Part shown: positions 11,499 through 24,653 of the stretch, piece by piece
Layout of the letters: the number at the start of each line of letters is the position of its first letter
How positions within the stretch are numbered: the stretch's first letter is position 1
Source of the DNA: Tricharina praecox
Taxonomy: Eukaryota
Direction: 5' to 3'
DNA length: 64,000 bases
Assembly (NCBI RefSeq): GCF_024521635.1
Contig: NW_026250425.1
Coordinates: 310,001-374,000, forward strand
Program-made: the position numbers and the translations under genes
Notes under the pieces: generated by a model
What the model saw: only the letters and a program-made list of their open reading frames with translations
Told to the model about the DNA's origin: nothing
Database searches by the model: none

Positions 11499-14400
11499 GA
11501 TAGGGATGTTGGGGGGGTCGGTACGTGCGTTCGTATGTAGGGAGAGTGTGGGTAGGGCGACTTTCCACTCGTAGGGGTAAAGTTGCCTCCTACTAGTTTG
11601 CTCTAGAGTACGGTCTCAGTACAGTTGAGTTTACCGGTCGACGGGGGTTTTTGGTAGGGTCGCGCAGTAGGCGGGAGTAAGCAGCTGGGCTGGACTAGGG
11701 ATCGTGGGTTCGTCGAGTACTATGATTGAGAATGGGATGCGCTGAGCAAGAAGGTGGTGGTGAGAGAGGGTTGGATGGAGGATGGAGAGGGAGGTTGGGC
11801 GCGAGAGGAGTTGGTTGGTTCGATGCTGGCGCTGGATGGAGGTTTCGAGGAGCGGATTGGGCGGGAAACTAGGGGGAGGGGGGGAGTTGGAGGAAGGGAG
11901 GGATGTGGATGGGAGTGGGATGGGTGTGGGTTACGTGGGCACCGGAACGTGTTGATGTCAATGGTTTTTTTTTTTTGAGGTGTGGGTTGTGTTGATCTTG
12001 TGAGTTGTTTTGTTTTAGAAGAGGAGGAGCGCGACTCGCGAGGCGGAGAAGAGGGTGGAAGAGGAGAAGGAGAGAGATCGGAGGGTGTTTTGGAAAAGAA
12101 TAACTGCGATCGAATACGGTACGGAGACGGAGTAACTCTATCGGAGATGCTACGAGAGTATCTGCAACATGTTCTTCTTTTCTCCTTCGGTCTTTTTGTT
12201 TTTGTTTTCCTGCTGTTTCTGCACGTCCGTTCCCTTGTTTGTCTAGGAAGCGACTCTGTGGCGCTGCTGCTTCCGATAAATATGATGTTCCGCTTCTTCC
12301 CTTTCTCTCCGTGTTTCGGGAAGAAATGGAATGCTGTTCGACGTCGATAGTAGAGAAGTGTTCAGTGAGGTGGTGGTGTGGATCAGTATTACTATTATTA
12401 TTTCTTATTATGGCGCTTTGTTTGTTGAGGAAACGTCGTCAGTCGGAGGATCGAGGGGAGGAAACAAAACAAAATTCTGCAGAGAAGCACGACAGAAGGG
12501 TGAGAACAAGAAGAAGGGTGTGGTGGAGGAAGTGGAGGAAGTGGAGGTGGTGGTTGGTGATGTGTTGTCAGATAAAATCCAGAGCAGCCATCCACACTCT
12601 CCTGAACCGGAATTCCCCAGCCGAAAGAAAGAAAGAGAGAGAAAAAACGAAGCCTCTTTGCTTCTCCCAAGTTGACTGAGAAGTTAGAACTCCCTCCTGC
12701 TCCTTCCTGTTTCCTCGTTCGCCAGAATCGCCAGATTCGCGTTCTAGGGTGAAGTTGGACTTGGCTGGCCATTCCCTTCGTTGGGCGTTGGTCCGTCCAT
12801 CCATCCATCCTTCTCTGCAGCTCTGCAGGACTGGCTTGCCGCTGCCAGAGTCCCAGCCCAGCCCAACCTCTCCAAAATCCCGCATGTGCCCATCACCACC
12901 CATAACCAACGATGGATACCTCCTCTACTCGTTCCTCTCTCTGCACATCTCTACGCACATCACACAAGTATCATACCAGTACTCACTCTACTTACATAAA
13001 CTACCAGCCATCTCCAACAGAACAGCGAACGGCTCGTGAGTTGAGTTGAGTTGCGACGGAGGCTGCTGGAATAAAGCGACCGCTTTGACTCCAACCCGCC
13101 CCCCAAGAATAATCTCCCCCCTTCCCCCTGATTCCCCGAACAAACTTCACTAGCAGATCCTCCTGGTCCTTCTATGCAACTACTCTACATAACATAACTG
13201 CTCCAGCAGACGTATGTAGGTGCGGAAATGAACTTCTCCCTCCTCCCTCTGCCTCACTCGCTAGAGAATAGCAACTACGAGCCAGTCTTCGGTTGCCCTG
13301 CCTTAGCTATGGTATGATATGTACTCCACCCCACTCCACTCCATAGTACAGTACTCTAGGTAGTTAGCGGACTGTCACGACGACGGCGACTCCTGTACGC
13401 ACTGCAGGATGACGATGCGCCGGTGCGGCTGTTAGCATGCGTACATCGGCCGTCCGATGCAAGGACGAATCTCAAATTTTGACAAGCAAGTTGCGGCTCC
13501 GAGCCTCCAATTCTTTCTTTCTCTGTGGCTTTCCATTCACGGGCTTCCCGTTTCGCTTCGTTCGTTTCGGCCCGGTTCGTTTTGTTGTGGGGCGAGATGT
13601 GAAACCCCCGTTCTCTCTTTCGTGGGGGCCGGACGGACCGGGGGCAGGGCGGGGAGGGTGGAAGGGTGGCTCAGGGAGGGGACGGGGGTAAGACGTCAGC
13701 CCTGTTTCGTAACTCCTTCTTGCTTGTGTGATGTATGATGTATGGATGGAAGGATGGATGGGAACTTGGGACAGCTTGGGAACTTGGGAAGCATCGATGG
13801 CGATCTACATATGCGTCGCAACTATTAGTACTCTACTGGGTATGAGTACGGACGGACAAGGAGGATACCTGTTCTTTTCTCCAGACTCCAGGTTCTCGCC
13901 ATGGTCTGGATAACGGATGGATGGATAGTTGGTTGCCGTACGGCGTACGCGTGTTGCGTTCTGTTGTTCGTAGCCACCCGTGGTTATCGGATCATCTAAA
14001 TCGCACGGCTGCGATTGATTTGATTGACTGTAGATGGTAGATAAGATGATCTGATTCGATTAGATACTCACTCCTTGATGTTGCTAGTCGATGACGTGAA
14101 CTTGACCGCACACATCACCTTCCATGATGGCAGGAAAGGTCGGGTTTGTGGTTGCCATAGTTGAGCAAGGCCGTATGCGATAACAAAAGTTCCATTCAGG
14201 ACGACCGTGAGGAGAACGAAGCTCCTGCGCACGTCGGTCTGAATGCCGAGGGGCGAAGACTTCACGGCGACGGTTCGGGACGGAGCTGGGGGCGGAATCG
14301 GCATTGGACGGACAGAAAGCTACTGCCGGACCGTTACGGTACACAAGCATCGCGAAGGTTTAGGACAACCGTCGAGAACTGGGCTGCTATGCAGCGAAGG

Positions 14401-15950
14401 GACGCAGAGAAGACGAGAAGAAGCTTTCCTCTTGTTGTATTTCCTAGGGAGAAGGCAGCTAAAGCCGTTCTTCTCACCGAATGTCACTTCAAAGTTCATC
14501 ATAGGGCCACGCGTTGTTTAGTCCAGGTGCGGCCGAAGCTTCAAGCAATCAGGCGATCGTCTGCAGTGAAACTGGTGTCTTGGACGATGGAATTCGCAGT
14601 TACGATGAACTGAACGGCACCCACCTGGATCCGTCTACACATGCCTCCAACTAACCCTTTGATCATCAGAGAAGTCCATTCCAGGGCTTCTTCAAACTAG
14701 GTATGGGGAGTTGTTTAGGTGCAGGCGGTTGAAAGAGCTTCTTGCACACGGCTCGGTGCTGCAAAACTGTATATAGTTGCCGTGGAGGTTTTCTTTCGTA
14801 AGATATGTACCTACTGCCTACTCGGGGTGAACCAGCCAAATCGATTCCTAGCTACGCTCCACATGTGCGGAATGAAACACAACCGTAGGCACCAATAAGG
14901 ATGGGACGGTCTGCCTTGCCGAATCAAGAGAGAGAGAGAGAGAGAGAACATCAATTTATTGTCGCATGCCCTTGCCGAATCGAAGGTGACACAAGTTACA
15001 GCATCAAAGTGATGACCGAGTGACCCACCATGCTTAACTTCGACCATAACCGTATAACGCTCCATCCCTTCCTCCCTCCCCTTCTCCGCCACGACGTAGG
15101 TATGTACCAACACGCCACTTGTCGATGGGCGGTGCGGAAGTATGATCGTACGGACGGGATGTGGAGAGAGAGAAGGAAACAAGAGATTGAATTGACCGAG
15201 TACTTGGTTGAGAAACAAAAAGAGCGGACAACATAGGTGGACAGTTTATATACGACGAGAAAAACAAGAAATGATGTACTATTGGACGACAGCTACCCTC
15301 CCAAAATCCCGAGCTCTTCCCTTCCCTCATTGCGCATAACCGTTGCGATATTCATTGCGAATGTCCATTGCGAATGGTCATTGCGTGTCCTAGGTAATTC
15401 ACTTTTCCCACATTACTTGTCCTGGCTTTTGAGTTCGCCAGGCTGTGACGACGTAACTTTCTTCACCACTTACCGCTCATGCAGAAGTAAAGGTCCGCAG
15501 AAAAAACGTTCGTTTCACTGCGAGGGCACTCGCGGCGTGGTAAATGCTTTCCATCAACAGCTCTATAGTAGGCTCTTCTCACTGGAAGCTGAGACTCTGA
15601 AGAAATGCTACTGAACATAGCAGTTCGAGCCCGACTTGTGTTGACAGGTGGGTTACGAGTGCCATAGAGAAAGGCTGACAGATGGGCGAGCTTAGTGGGA
15701 AATACCCAAAAGCGGCCGCCTGCAGGTTTACATATCAGAGTAGCCTGGCCCTTCTCTCGTCTCTCTCTCTCCCACTGTCTCTCTGTCCATACTCCCATCA
15801 CCCTTCACACTCCCCACTACTCCTCCTTCCACTACGATTTTGCACCTGATCATCCAGGCTTTTGCTCCTGATCATCCAGGCTTTTGCTCCTCAATCTTCA
15901 GTTCGTGAAGTTTTTGCTCTCCCTCACCACCACCACTGCCAGATTCCAAA

Positions 15951-17009
15951 ATGCACCTCCTCCTCCTCCCGCTACTGTTCCCAGCCTTGATCAACTCCAT
16001 TGCGATCCCGGACTCAGACACCTCCCCCGTCGTCCCCGAGCTCCTCGCTGGACAGGACGATAACTTCATCCTAGCCTACAGCAGCATGTCCGTCCCCACC
16101 ACGAACGCCGGCGCTTTCGTCGTCCCTCGTGCAGAGGAGCTTGCAGGTGTGAGTATCGCCACCACTACCCTCGCTGGCGGGACGCAGGCGTGGGTCTGTA
16201 CCCCCGCCGCCACTCCTCAGTCTCATCCTGTTCCTGTTCCCGTCGATGGCCCAGCTGCCACTGCTGCCACTGCTGCTGCCGATGCTGCCGTCCCGCTCAC
16301 TACCGTTGCTCCTGCTCCCGCAGTCAAGCGTTGCGACTGCGCTGGTGCACGGGGAGGAGATAAGCTCACCACCATTGCTCCTGCTCCCGCAGTTAAGCGT
16401 TGCGACTGCGCTGGTGCCGGGGGAGGAGATACGCGTTGCAGCTGTACACAATGCAACTGCACGAATTGCAGCTGCACACGTTGCGGGGGAAAAGCTAAGC
16501 GTTGCAACCGCACTCGCGGCGAGGGAGACGAAGTTGTCGAAGTCGACGAAGGAGTCGAAGACGAGTCGGGAGAGCAGGGGGAAGCAGACGACAAGCAAGA
16601 GCTCCTCGCCGAGTTCCGAGACTTCTTTTTGGGGGTCAAGGGACTTTCCACACAGTTTACGGACGCGGAGAAGTATAGAACGGCGCTGGTCGAGGATCTG
16701 GGCGTGGATCTGCCAACGATGGTCACGCCGACGCCGTTTATGACACTCGAGAAGAGGTCTCTCACGGAGGGGCCGCAGCCGACGATTGTTGTGGAGGGCG
16801 TTACTTATACTCGTGCGGCTGCTGAGACAACTGATCGTGCGGCGGAGAAGGTGAAGGTTCCGGTAAGTTGTGTGTTTGTGATTAGTAGTGGTGGCAGTAG
16901 CTGATATACCTAGGGGTTACAACAGCTTGATCTGGTCCGGGACTGTTTCTTGGATTTGGAGGAGGCCCTGGAGTTCGTCAGGGCGAGAGTTAGCGAAGAG
17001 GATGAGTAG
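15951..17009 (+). CDS. Secreted precursor with Kex2-type KR sites and a metallothionein-like Cys-rich peptide
   Basis: Hydrophobic N-terminus MHLLLLPLLFPALINSIA. 69-bp internal duplication (LTT[V/I]APAPAVKRCDCAGA[R/G]GGD). Intron 16863..16913 (GTAAGT..CTGAT..TAG) joins a last exon GLQQLDL...VSEEDE, stop TAG 17007-17009. Confidence 0.8.
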
Positions 17010-17065
17010 CCTGGGAAGGAGTCGTAGCCCGGGAAAGTTCATTGTTTCAGACCGGCGATTGATGG

Positions 17066-17225
17066 ATTATGATACCGACGAGGCTTTTGATAACTGTTTA
17101 TTATGAGTGGATTATTGAGAGGACTGGTGGGATTGATGGCTTGCTTTATGATCATACCGACAAGGCTTTTGATAACTGTTTTATTATGGGTGGATTATTG
17201 GGAGGACTGGTGGGATTGATGACTG
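17066..17225. repeat. About 80-bp tandem duplication 3' of the secreted-protein gene
   Basis: ATACCGAC[G/A]AGGCTTTTGATAACTG...GAGGACTGGTGGGATTGATG occurs twice. Confidence 0.9.
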
Positions 17226-18243
17226 TAGGATAAATTACATTAACTAGAAGGGAGAAGCTGGTATTTGTCCTGTCACGAAACACAACGACTGATGATGTTC
17301 CATGGGTGACATCTCATGTCCCACTATCACGTGCCAATATTCTCCACCTCCAACCGAGCAAAATAATTCCTAAAGAACTCCCGAAACAAAATCTCCAACG
17401 CTTACTCTCGGCGGGCACGACGATGACCCCCAATCCCAAGCCCATTCCCATTCCCATTACCTATTATATTTGCTTCGGAATTCGGGGCGACGATAGGGCC
17501 CGCCCAGACCCGGACGGCGGAGAGGGGGGGTGTCAGACGTACGTAAAGAGGCGCGGCTTCGATTACCTCTAAGTGACAGCGGAGCCGAACGGGGGACACC
17601 GGGACGCCCCACCTACCTCTAAGTGTTAGACCCGATGCCGACACCGGGTCTCGTGGCATGCGCGGCCTGCGGCCTGCCGTTAAGTGTTAGATCGGTCGGG
17701 AGGCTTTCAGGCTTTTCGCTGCGTTGCACTGCGTTGCGGGGCGGGTAGATGCGGCGAGCTCCGATAGGTAAACGTGTGGTGGGGTTTCAGATAGCTGGCT
17801 GGCTGCGCGAAAGCTACTCTAGCTACGGACACCTAGCTAGAGCTGTGCGGGATCGTGATGGGCTTCGGGAAGACACTCTGCTCGAGTATAAGAATGCCCA
17901 CTCTCCTCCTCCTCGAGTGGGCGATTGGAATTTCTTCTTTGACGCCCCAAGCTGAGACACATATCATACCTATCGCCTTTATCCTCATCACCACCACCAC
18001 TACCACCACTACCACGGACGTCATACAGTCCAGGGATTGGCTATCTGTCCTCCTCCCTACCCGCACCCCACATACATATAGTGCTCAGGAACCTTCAACG
18101 ATAAAGGGTCCTACACACATACCGTACTCCATTGCCTCCTCCGCCGCACCGTTTTTTTTATTTTTTTATTTTTGGCAGCAGCTGCTTTCTCTTTCTCTTT
18201 CTCCTTCCAAATAAACCTCCCGTCCATCCATCCATCCTCCACC

Positions 18244-19360
18244 ATGTCCTCAATCTTCAACCGCTACCTAGGGAAGGAGCACCACCTGGGCGTGGTAGCC
18301 GTCGGCTTCTCCGGCGGACAGGTTCGCCTTCCTCGCTCCCCTCCTCCGCTCGTAGTACTGACGCCTCTAGGGCAAATCCGGCGTCGACGCCGCACCGCAA
18401 GCCCTAATCGACGCGGGGCTTTTGACGGCACTGCACGACGACCTCTCGTACACGATCCACCACGACGGGGTCGTGCACTCGTACACCGAATACATGCCCT
18501 CCTCCGACCCGCCACTGCACGTAGCGGGGGCCAGCAAGCCCATGCTGCGACCCGTCACAGTTTCCAACGTGACGCAGGCGTTGTCCATGCAAGTGTACGA
18601 GCACGCGCGGGAGGGGAGGCTAGTGCTCACGCTCGGTGGGGACCACAGCATTGCGGTTGGAAGCATCAGCGGGACTGCGAAGGCGGTTCGGGAGCGGCTC
18701 GGGAAGGAGATCGCCGTGATATGGGTTGACGCCCACGCCGATATCAACACGCCACATTCCTCCGGAAGCGGGAATATTCACGGCATGCCCGTGGCGTTTC
18801 TCGCGGGGTTCGCAGAAGCCCCACGGGAGAACCCGGATGTCTTCGGGTGGCTCACTGAGGAGCATAGGATCAACCCCAAGAAGCTTGTCTATATCGGCCT
18901 CAGAGACGTTGATCTCGGCGAGAAGAAGATCCTCAGGGAGAATGGCATCAAGGCGTTTAGCATGCACGACGTGGATCGACATGGTATCGGAAAGGTCATG
19001 GAGATGGCACTCGAGTATGTCGGCGACTCCCCGATACACCTGAGCTTTGACGTGGATGCGTTGGATCCAATGTGGGCGCCGAGTACGGGGACGCCCGTTA
19101 GAGGCGGATTGACGCTGCGTGAGGGCGACTTTATCTGCGAGTGCGTGCATGAGTCTGGCGCGCTGGTGGCGATGGATCTAGTATGTTGCTTCTTTGTCGT
19201 TTTCTTTTTCTTGGGATGTGAGGATTGATGCTGATAATCGGGATCGCAGGTCGAGGTCAACCCACATATCAACGAACAGGGGAGCCCGTACGCTGTGGGA
19301 GAGACTGTTAGGGCCGGTTGCTCACTGGTGCGGTGTGCGCTGGGAGAGAGCTTGCTGTGA
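18244..19360 (+). CDS. CAR1: Arginase
   Basis: Introns 18322..18370 and 19181..19249. Mn-binding motifs GGDHS, DAHADINT, SGNIHGMP and SFDVDALDP, plus TGTPVRGGL and a terminal VEVNP exon. Confidence 0.97.
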
Positions 19361-20011
19361 GTGAGTAGTGGTGGTGGTGGATTGTGGATTATCAGTGGGA
19401 GAGCGCTTGCTGTGAGTGAGTGGGCAGTGGTGGACCGTGGATTGTGGATTATCAGTGGGAAAGGGCTTTCCTTTGTGTCAATAGAGTCGAGTCCGAGTAC
19501 GGCATTACCAACGGCGCATTAAGACTTGCTGATTCACATGATTCATATGATATCAACCGATCTCTTCTTTTTTGTCGTCTCAGTCGGTTGCCGTCCGAGT
19601 GAATTTGAGTCTTGGATGCCTGGTGCCAACGAGTTCCTCGATATGTGTTGAAGTGAATGGCCACTCGTGAGGCCCATTCTGCTACTGACTTAACCTAGGT
19701 GTGTAATTGACCCACATCACCATCCCTTTCTACTCTACTTCCAAGCTCACGCAACACCCAGCATCGACCCCACTCATCCCTCGACGAGCCCTGCAAACTA
19801 GGTAGTGGCACCGTAAAGATTGAGTACCGAGTCGTCGACACCTCCACCTCACACGGTACACCACCACTACCACCACCACCACCACCACCACCACCACGAT
19901 CCAACTCGCAGGAGCAGGAGCAGGAGAGAAGTAATTCGTGTATACATTAATCATGTCCAATAAAGACAAAGACCACCATTACCCTCACCCGCCCATCCTT
20001 CCACATCTGCA

Positions 20012-21255
20012 CTAAAACCTATTAACCATCCCCTTGGTGCGGCCATACTCATCGAGCGTGCCCCTCCCACCGCCCCCGGTGCCCGCATACTGCTCCATGC
20101 CATTCAAGCTCCCACCGGTCCTAAAGCTGGCAGCGTACTGACTGGCCGCACCCAGACTGCTGGCGGCGTACTGACTCCCGACCCCACCGCCCGCACCGCC
20201 CGCACCCCCAGCACCACCGCCCAGATTCCCCCCGCCGCCACTGCTAGGACCACCAAACTGCCTCCCCGGATACGCACCCATGCCGCGGGTGATCATCTCG
20301 CGATTCCTCTGTTCCTCGCCATCACTGACCTCTCCCTCCCTATTCTTCTCCCTCCTCCTCCACAACCAGAAAAACGCACCCAGCAGCACTGCGGCGCCCG
20401 CCGCGGCGCCAATAGTCGCGCCAGCGATTACTGCGGCTGGCGGCGCGCTGCCATCTCCACCCACTACCGTGTCGGTTGTTATTAGTGGTGGGGGCGCAGA
20501 GGTCGGGTTGCCGGTCGATGTGGGCGAGGCCGTGTCTAGCAGGAGGGTCGTGTCGGTTATTGACGGCGGCTTTTGCGTTGCGGTGGCGGTGTGCGTGACG
20601 TTGGTTAGGGTCGAGGTCGTGATTATTAGGAGGGTTGTTAGGACTCCTGGTGGTGGAGTCGGTGCTGGTGAAGGGGGGCCTGGCGGCCCGGGTGGGCTGG
20701 GGGATATGTTGAATGGCTCGCTGATCGTTGTGATCCCGTTGGAGGTGTGGAGGGATAGGGCGAATACTCCCGAGGTGCTCGGTGGGATCCGCCAGGTGTG
20801 GGAGCCAGTGTTGGGGATGTCGGCTGCGTGGAGTGTGAGTGATGGCTCGAGGAGAGGGGAGGTGAATGGGGAGGACGAGGTGAATGGGGAGGACGAGGTG
20901 AATGGGGAGGACGAGGTGAATGTGGAGTAGCAGGAGGAAGAGGAGGAGGAGGAGGAGGGAACATACTAGCGATTGATATCTCTGCATCTGGGGCTTGAAG
21001 CACCAACGATACTGGCCCTGGGGAATTCGACTGGCCAAAAAAACAATCCGTCAGCTACATCTTCCAGCGGACGCCGAGGGGTATGTGTGGGGGAGTGGGA
21101 CTCACAGTCCAAGTAATGGTTATATCCCTCCCAGGCTGCACTATTGCGCCGGGCGTTGGGAAAGTAAACACCACATCCGTCTCCTGCGCATGCACCGACA
21201 CCACCACCACCGCGGCCAACACCAAGGCCTTCGTAACATATTTCCAGAACCACAT
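20012..21255 (-). CDS. Single-pass cell-surface protein: signal peptide, Kre9/Knh1-like N-terminal domain, Ser/Thr/Pro-rich stalk, TM helix, Gly-rich tail
   Basis: Starts MWFWKYVTKALVLAAVVVVSVHA. Introns 21031..21105 and 20824..20966 give ITWT-SNSPGPVSLVL..IATDIPNTGSHTWRIP..SEPFNI. TM AVIAGATIGAAAGAAVLLGAFFWLW is followed by RRR. Confidence 0.8.
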
Positions 21256-23745
21256 GGCCAATAAAATAAATAAAACAAACAAGAGAGTGGACGGATCACG
21301 CTTTATTCAGGAGCGTGCCAAAAAAGTAACAGACGAAGGGATTGGATTTTTGTTTCGGCTGCGCTGGTGGGATGGGATGTTTGCGTGGTTGAGGTTGATC
21401 AGTCGGGTCAGCAAAACCCTCCATCAACCAGGGCAGATCTGCGACCCGACGGGCGTGGGAATTTATATATGTAAATTGTGGAAAGTACCCCTCCACCACT
21501 ACCACCACAGGGCGCTCCTCCTCCTCCTCCTCCTCCTCCTTAAGCTTCGGGTAAGGGGACGGCGACGGGATGGGGACAGGGACGGGGACGAGATGGGACG
21601 CCATGTGGTGCTTGGTGCTTGGGTGGTGCTGGATGGGTGCTGGGTGGTTGTAGTAGGTGGTAGGTGGGTGGGCTAATATTAACGGTATTACAGCTCGAGA
21701 TTCACTTTACCCATCGACACTCTACATACACCCATCCCCGATCATGAAGTTTATTGGGTGTGGGTGGATTGACTGGATCGACGGGTAGATAATTTCTTGG
21801 GGGAGGAGATGGCGATGGCGAATTTGACCCATTATTGACCATGCCTTACAGCCCGCATTACTGGTCTGTCGGGCGCGGCCTGGGGCGTGCGCATTTCGCG
21901 GTGGCAGCGATTGACGAATGGCAGCGCGCGGTCCGCACGGCGCTTGTTTTCCTCCCCTCTAGGCCCCGGGGATTAACGACATGAACGACATGCCTAAATA
22001 TCATGCTTACTTTTTGCTTGTGTAGATTCACGCTCGGTGGATCGCAAGGAAAAAAGAAAGAAGTAGATATGCAGAATGCGAATCGTTCACTCTCAGCTCG
22101 CTCGTGACACAGAGCACAGGCCGATGCGGGTTGGGGCCTGAATCCTCTTGCATACAGCGTGTGCAAATTTATATCCACAAGGCCTCCCTCCCCATCCCTT
22201 CCCCTTCCCCTCCCAGACTCAATCACCCACAAGGATTCCTCTCCTCTTCTCCACCTCTTCTCCTGCCCACCCAGCACGATCATATGTAAGCTCCATCGAT
22301 CCCCGAAGAGACGAAGAGACAAATAGGGAAAGTCGGACCCGAACCCGGGCACTTTTGAGTTTCGGGAAAAGAGATGCGGGCAGCCGGGGGCAACACAACA
22401 CGACAGCCCTGCCTGCGGGGACTCGAGGAGGATCGGAGTGGAGGATCGGGGAGTAACCGCGGAAAGCTTAAGGGTCAGTGCAGTGCAGACGGCTACTGTG
22501 GTCTGTACATAGGAGTTATGGGGTATGGGTGGGAGTGATGGTGGGAGTTGTGACAGGTATGTAGGCGCTGCGATACGGTAGGTGTGGTAGGTGGGTATGT
22601 GGACAGCCGTTTACCAATGGCAAGGAATGGAGGATGGATGGAAGGCAGGGAGGATGGATGGATAGCAGCAAGGTCCAGCTGGCTGCTGTAAACAAACCAA
22701 TATGTCCCGACTCCCGATGTCCACCTTCCGAGTGCTGAAGAACTCCACGCACTCAATGCCCCCCCGCCCATACATACTATACATACAAGCCCCCTCCCGC
22801 CCCATACACACCCCCAATACACGCAAGATGAGACATTCCCACGTCGCGTTGAAACCGACCGCTACGTATGTACTCCTCCATACTCCTCCATGCTCCTCCA
22901 TACTCCACCATGGTTCCCTCCTCCATGCTCCTCCATACTCCACCATGGTTCCTTGGCCGTAGGCCGCAAAAACCCGTCCTGAACCACGCCCGGTTCCAAA
23001 ATCCACAGTTGACCATGCGGCGTAACAAGTATTTGCAAACCGGCGCCCGGCGCCCGGGGGGATCGGTGCCGATGCCGGCACCGCGGTACCGCAGCTCTGG
23101 TCGAGACGTGCGTGCGTACGTATGTAGGCCTACGGCACGTTCGGGATAGTGGCCGATCTCATACCTAGTTGGCGATTGCAAGGTACATACTTCTTATATG
23201 TATAATGGCCCGGGCTGTGGAGGGCGAGGCGAGAAGTGAGAGGGGTAGGTAGAGTACTTATACTCTACATAGTAGTTATTCCCCACCCGGCCGTGACCGG
23301 ATTTTCCCGGACGATTGACTGCCGTTTAGAGAGTTTAGAGGGTTTGGAGGGTTTAGAGGGCGTGCAGCGGGCACTCGGGCTGTACCTATGCGAGCGATTG
23401 ACAGAGGTTTCCGGGAGGGCGAGAGAGTATGTGCGTGCGAGCGTGCCAGCGAAACAAGCAAATGAGTCTCAAGTCACTCGGACAGCCGAATCTCAATAAG
23501 CAAACGAGTCTCAGATCACTCGAACTCACTCACACCCACGAGCCGAATCGCAACCACTTGTATCCTCACAAGACAACAAAGCACGCTCAAGTTCAACCAA
23601 ACCCCAAAGAAGAACAGAACTAAAAAAACGCCAATTATCACCGCCCGTACAAGTATATACGTATCCTACACCCAATTACACCCCATCCCCCATCCCCCAT
23701 CCCCCGCCCCCCAGCACCCTAGCTACGCGCCCCCGTTCGCCCGTT

Positions 23746-24653
23746 TTACACCTTCGTTGGGATCCCTCCGCTCGCCTTACTACCAAAGATGCTCATGATG
23801 CCAAACACGCTGTAGAACAGCGCGAGCGGGTAGGCGACCAGCCACCTCATCTCGCGCACGCCCAGGACGCCGACAAACATATTGCTGGCGGCATAGGTGC
23901 TCCAAGCGATCGCGGCGACGCTGACGGTGTAGCCGACTAAACCGTCGAGCGGGTAAGCGACGCCGAGACCGCTGGTGAAAACGAGCGGGAGCAGACAGTA
24001 GCCCAGCACCGACGCGGACCGGATGTAGTTGAGCGAGTGCGTGGGCGGCGACATCAGGTTGAGTAGCAGGTGCAGTGACACCGAGCCCATCAATGCCACC
24101 CCGTAGATGTACCCGAAGTGCACCTTGCCCGATAGTAGCAGGAACGTGCCGAACGCGAGGCAGAACATGATCGGTCCCGCTACGTCGCTGTCGTCCATCA
24201 TGTGCTGGTCCACGGTCTGGAGGGGGTTGAGAACTGCCAGCGTCTATAATTCCGTGGTGTCAGCGCCGAGGGGGAAGGGGGAGGTGGGGGGTCCAATAGC
24301 GGGAGGTGGGGGGTGGAACCAACCTTTCCCTTGATGTGCCGAAAATTGACACCGAGCTCCTCCAGCAGCGGCGGTTCATCATCGTAGCCACCAGTCCCGA
24401 ACGCTGCCAACCAGCCCATCGTCAAACCACCACGTTCACCCGCGACACCTCCGGTCGTGGTCGTGGTCCCAATGCTGCCCATGCTGCCCATGCTCCCCAT
24501 CCCCCCAAACCCGCCGTATCCCTGAGCTGGGGTTGTGTGCCCGCTCACCCCGCCGTGTCCGCCATACGAGGATTGGTAGAATTGCAGGTTTTGTGGCGAC
24601 TGCGGTGCGCCGTAGCCGCTTTGTTGTGGCGGCGGGGAGAAGAACTGCGCCAT
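23746..24653 (-). CDS. YIP1: Yip1-domain ER-Golgi transport protein
   Basis: GWLAAFGTGGYDDEPPLLEELGVNF, then intron 24244..24323, then TLAVLNP..MDDSDVAGP..SVLGYCLLPLV..LVAYPLALFY. Confidence 0.95.

Noticed and set aside
14068..14800. Possible decayed gene fragment in the KAR9 upstream spacer
   Set aside because: Coding-like composition, but no recognisable motif or consistent frame by eye; it would need blastx.
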